Source: an uncultured virus (IMG/VR IMGVR_UViG_3300050188_000002) (taxonomy: Duplodnaviria > Heunggongvirae > Uroviricota > Caudoviricetes). From it: a stretch of 64,000 nt of DNA. The DNA lies in IMG/VR virus record IMGVR_UViG_3300050188_000002. One strand, 5' to 3'. Of this stretch, positions 61,350 through 64,000 are shown piece after piece. The translations under genes were made by a program, and so were the position numbers. Under the pieces are notes generated by a model. That model was not told the origin of the DNA. It made no database searches and worked only from the letters and a program-made list of their open reading frames with translations. How positions within the stretch are numbered: the first letter of the stretch is position 1; the number at the start of each line of letters is the position of its first letter.

Positions 61350-62265
61350 ATGGTTAATAAGGATCTCCTCAAGGGTCTCGGTCTCGGTCTTGGCGTCGCT
61401 GTCGCAGGAGCTGCCATCGCTTACGGCGTGAAGAAGTACGCCGACAAGAAGAAGGCCGAAGATGGTGAAGGTCTCAAGGTCGGTTCTGCCCTTTCCCAGT
61501 TGAAGCCTTTGCTTCTGGAAACCCTGAACAAGATTCCTGATCCGACTCCGGCTGTTGGCACCGCGAATGTTCCCGCCGTTGCTGGTCGGTGATTCAAATC
61601 TTTAACAAGCGCGGTCAACGCTGTGCTTGTTATTTCGTTTTCCTCCACCCTCCTTTTTAAGGATATGTATGTCCACCGCAACTGCCGACTCCGCTCCGGC
61701 TTCCGCCAATGCTCTTTCAACCATCGTTGATGGTCTGACATCCACGATCGGAGACTCGTTGAAGAGTCTCGGAGAGGAGTGTATGAAGACTGCCAAGCAG
61801 TATGTTAAGTTTCGTGTGATCTTATTGTTCACCGCGATCATCACACGCAGCATTGGCATTCTTGGTGTGCTCACTGGTCTGGTGTTTAACACTATGTGGA
61901 TGATTAACCAGACCAACGACGACAAGGTGAATCTGTCCAAGATTACCATCAGCGGCGTTGTGTTGGTGGTTGGTCTGTGCTTTCTCTACAAACTTTGGAA
62001 GGGGCTTCCTAGGCTTGTAGGTGAAGGCACTATGGCTGCGTTTGCTCCCAATGTTTATATCGCCAAACTCGGCGTCGAGGGAGTCAAGAAGCTTATGGAT
62101 GGTTCTCTGTGGTCTTCCGTTGGTGAGGCTGAATATAGTGGGGTTACTTATGTTGCTAAGGATTTCCGAAACCCAAAGATCGGTGAACTCTTTGTCAACA
62201 AAAGCGGCGTCGTCGAGAAGGCCGACAAGGATGCTGAGATCGGACCACGTCTGATCGTTGGCTAA
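61350..62265 (+). CDS. two membrane proteins (61350-61592, 61669-62265)
   Basis: TM helices, RBS. Confidence 0.6.
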
Positions 62266-62309
62266 ATCAAATCTTACAATCCATCTCGGAAACGGGTTGG
62301 ATTGATTTT

Positions 62310-62588
62310 ATGCATATCAACATTAACATTGGGGTTTTCCATCCTTCCCTTTGGAATAAGTTTGATGAGATAGTTGAGTTGTATTGGAATTCAACGTTTG
62401 ATGACATTAAGAAGAAGTTTAACGTAGAGTTCGACGCCGATGGTTTTATTCCTAATGGTTGGAATGAGATCAAGTTAACATCAACTGAAGGTATACTTTT
62501 CATATGGAAAGAGATTGAGTGGGACTTGAAGATTGATCTTGGAAACCATTTGACTAAACTCTTGGGTGGAATTAGGATAACAACATGA
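62310..62588 (+). CDS. hypothetical protein
   Basis: 92 aa, coupled to tilS. Confidence 0.55.
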   Translation: MHININIGVFHPSLWNKFDEIVELYWNSTFDDIKKKFNVEFDADGFIPNGWNEIKLTSTEGILFIWKEIEWDLKIDLGNHLTKLLGGIRITT

Positions 62589-63250
62589 ACAAGTACGAAC
62601 GCGATATGATTCCCAGCGGATTGGGATATACGGTGGCTGTGTCTGGTGGCATTGACAGTATCGGCATCGCGCATTACTTGGCCACTGGAAAGAAATTACC
62701 TATCAATGTTTGGCATTTCAATCACAAACTTCGACCACAGAATGATTTGATGGAAGACGCCGTTAGGAGGTTTTGTGTTGAGTTTAACATTCCATTGATT
62801 GTAAATCGAAGAAAAGAAAGCGACACCAAGCCTGATGGTGAATCTTGTGAATCATTTTATAGAGATCTACGCTTGAAAGAGATGTATAAGATTACAAATC
62901 ATATCATCTTGGGACACCATTTGAATGATTGTGTTGAGAGTCATATTTTAAACTTCTTGAATGGCAAAGAGATGTATGCTCCTATGCCTGTGTATACTCC
63001 ATTGAGTGAGCATGGAAGTATCATAAGACCATTCCTATTGGTGACTAAGCGTGATATCTTGGATCATTGTCGTAGGTTTGATTTGGAACGTTTTGTAGTT
63101 GCGGATGAAACGAACGCATGTGTAGATATGCGTCGAAATTGGGTTAGACATGATTTAATTCCGACGATTGAGACGAAGTATCCTGGGTTGGAAACCATTG
63201 TGAAAAAGAAAGTCAGACAAGCTTACGACAACCATTACTTAAGGATATAA
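62585..63250 (+). CDS. tilS: tRNA(Ile2)-lysidine synthetase, catalytic domain only
   Basis: AVSGGIDS PP-loop, HFNHKLR, GHHLNDCVE, IRPFL, DETN, RRNWVRH. Confidence 0.9.
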   Translation: MNKYERDMIPSGLGYTVAVSGGIDSIGIAHYLATGKKLPINVWHFNHKLRPQNDLMEDAVRRFCVEFNIPLIVNRRKESDTKPDGESCESFYRDLRLKEMYKITNHIILGHHLNDCVESHILNFLNGKEMYAPMPVYTPLSEHGSIIRPFLLVTKRDILDHCRRFDLERFVVADETNACVDMRRNWVRHDLIPTIETKYPGLETIVKKKVRQAYDNHYLRI

Positions 63251-63251
63251 C

Positions 63252-63479
63252 ATGTTTCTAGAGATGCTTAATAGTGTGGTTGGACTTTTCGGGTATAAGG
63301 TGATTCCGAATTTTGTTCCAACTGTCACTCCGGAAACGCTTGAATTCGAGATGGTTACCTACGCAGCCAATCGCAATCAAGTCAAGCCTGTGTCAGAGAT
63401 CCAAGAGTATGATGATAGAAGAATTGCATATCAATGCTCAATGCCGGAGTTAGGTCATTACATTGTATCAATCGTGTAA
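63252..63479 (+). CDS. hypothetical protein
   Basis: 75 aa, coupled. Confidence 0.55.
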   Translation: MFLEMLNSVVGLFGYKVIPNFVPTVTPETLEFEMVTYAANRNQVKPVSEIQEYDDRRIAYQCSMPELGHYIVSIV

Positions 63480-63569
63480 TAACTTTAACAGAGAGAGTAA
63501 AATCACCAGAAGTACAAGCGGTTAAGTCAATCAAGTTCGACATTCCAATGTTTTGGTAATCATCATTCA

Positions 63570-63829
63570 TTTGTGATGTTTAAAAGAAATCCACCCAAAG
63601 TCCAAGGTGGTGTATTTGGCGAAGAGGATTAGTAGTTTAAGGTCATTCCGTATACAATCCCGTAATACCCAATACATACTCATACTTCGGTATGAGTATG
63701 TAACTAAGTAATCCGGTACGTGTCGGTCATACTTCAACGAAAATCCTTGTCGGTGAGAATAGCCGACATTGTGGTTCCAGCCGGATAAGGATGGATGTAA
63801 GTGGTTGCTATTCTGCAACCTTCCACGTG
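63570..63829 (+). ncRNA. candidate structured ncRNA
   Basis: Perfect 13-bp cUUCGg hairpin and several other stems; no credible ORF. Confidence 0.45.
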
Positions 63830-63932
63830 GAGTCATTGGTATAAGTACCGTGTGAGGAGGCGCCTCTTAACATGGGAAGGTGTGCATACAGTTCTAAAGA
63901 CTGTAGAACCGGTTCGAATCCGGTATGACTTT
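63830..63932 (+). tRNA. atypical tRNA-like element with a hairpin inserted in the D-loop; anticodon ambiguous
   Basis: Acceptor GAGTCAT/ATGACTT, canonical T-arm ACCGG-TTCGAAT-CCGGT, anticodon arm ACAGT-TCTAAAG-ACTGT. Confidence 0.5.
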
Positions 63933-64000
63933 ATTAGAAAGGTTCAATATGTCGAGAGTAATAATTCAAAACAATCAATCTAGAAATCGTCGCATAACTC

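Overview
A 64-kb segment of a large T4-like (myovirus) bacteriophage genome. T4-type markers are a gp55-like late sigma factor, gp26/gp51-like baseplate-hub genes, the N-terminal part of a gp17-like terminase and (N)ATAAATA late promoters. Bases 1-20 kb (+) hold structural genes and nucleotide metabolism. Bases 20-36.8 kb (mostly -) hold tail fibres, glycosyl/sulfo/methyltransferases, ClpP, PhoH and a broken GluRS-like gene. Bases 36.8-39.3 kb are a largely non-coding, hairpin-dense divergence region. Bases 39.3-64 kb (+) hold small accessory genes, at least 5 tRNAs, PNK, TilS and several candidate structured ncRNAs. A GC-rich autotransporter-passenger-repeat protein and a PEP-CTERM protein suggest a Verrucomicrobia/PVC-type host (inference). 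Best leads: (1) a terminase N-fragment ending in a 31-aa split-intein N-part with no C-part in the window; (2) a probable programmed -1 frameshift joining gp26 and gp51; (3) the non-coding hub with DnaA-box-like 9-mers, direct repeats, an inverted-repeat-flanked gene and covarying hairpin pairs; (4) three large unexplained structured RNAs near the tRNAs; (5) a phage PEP-CTERM surface protein; (6) a circularly permuted LamG-like domain inserted in the giant tail protein. All product calls come from motif recognition by eye; no database searches were run.
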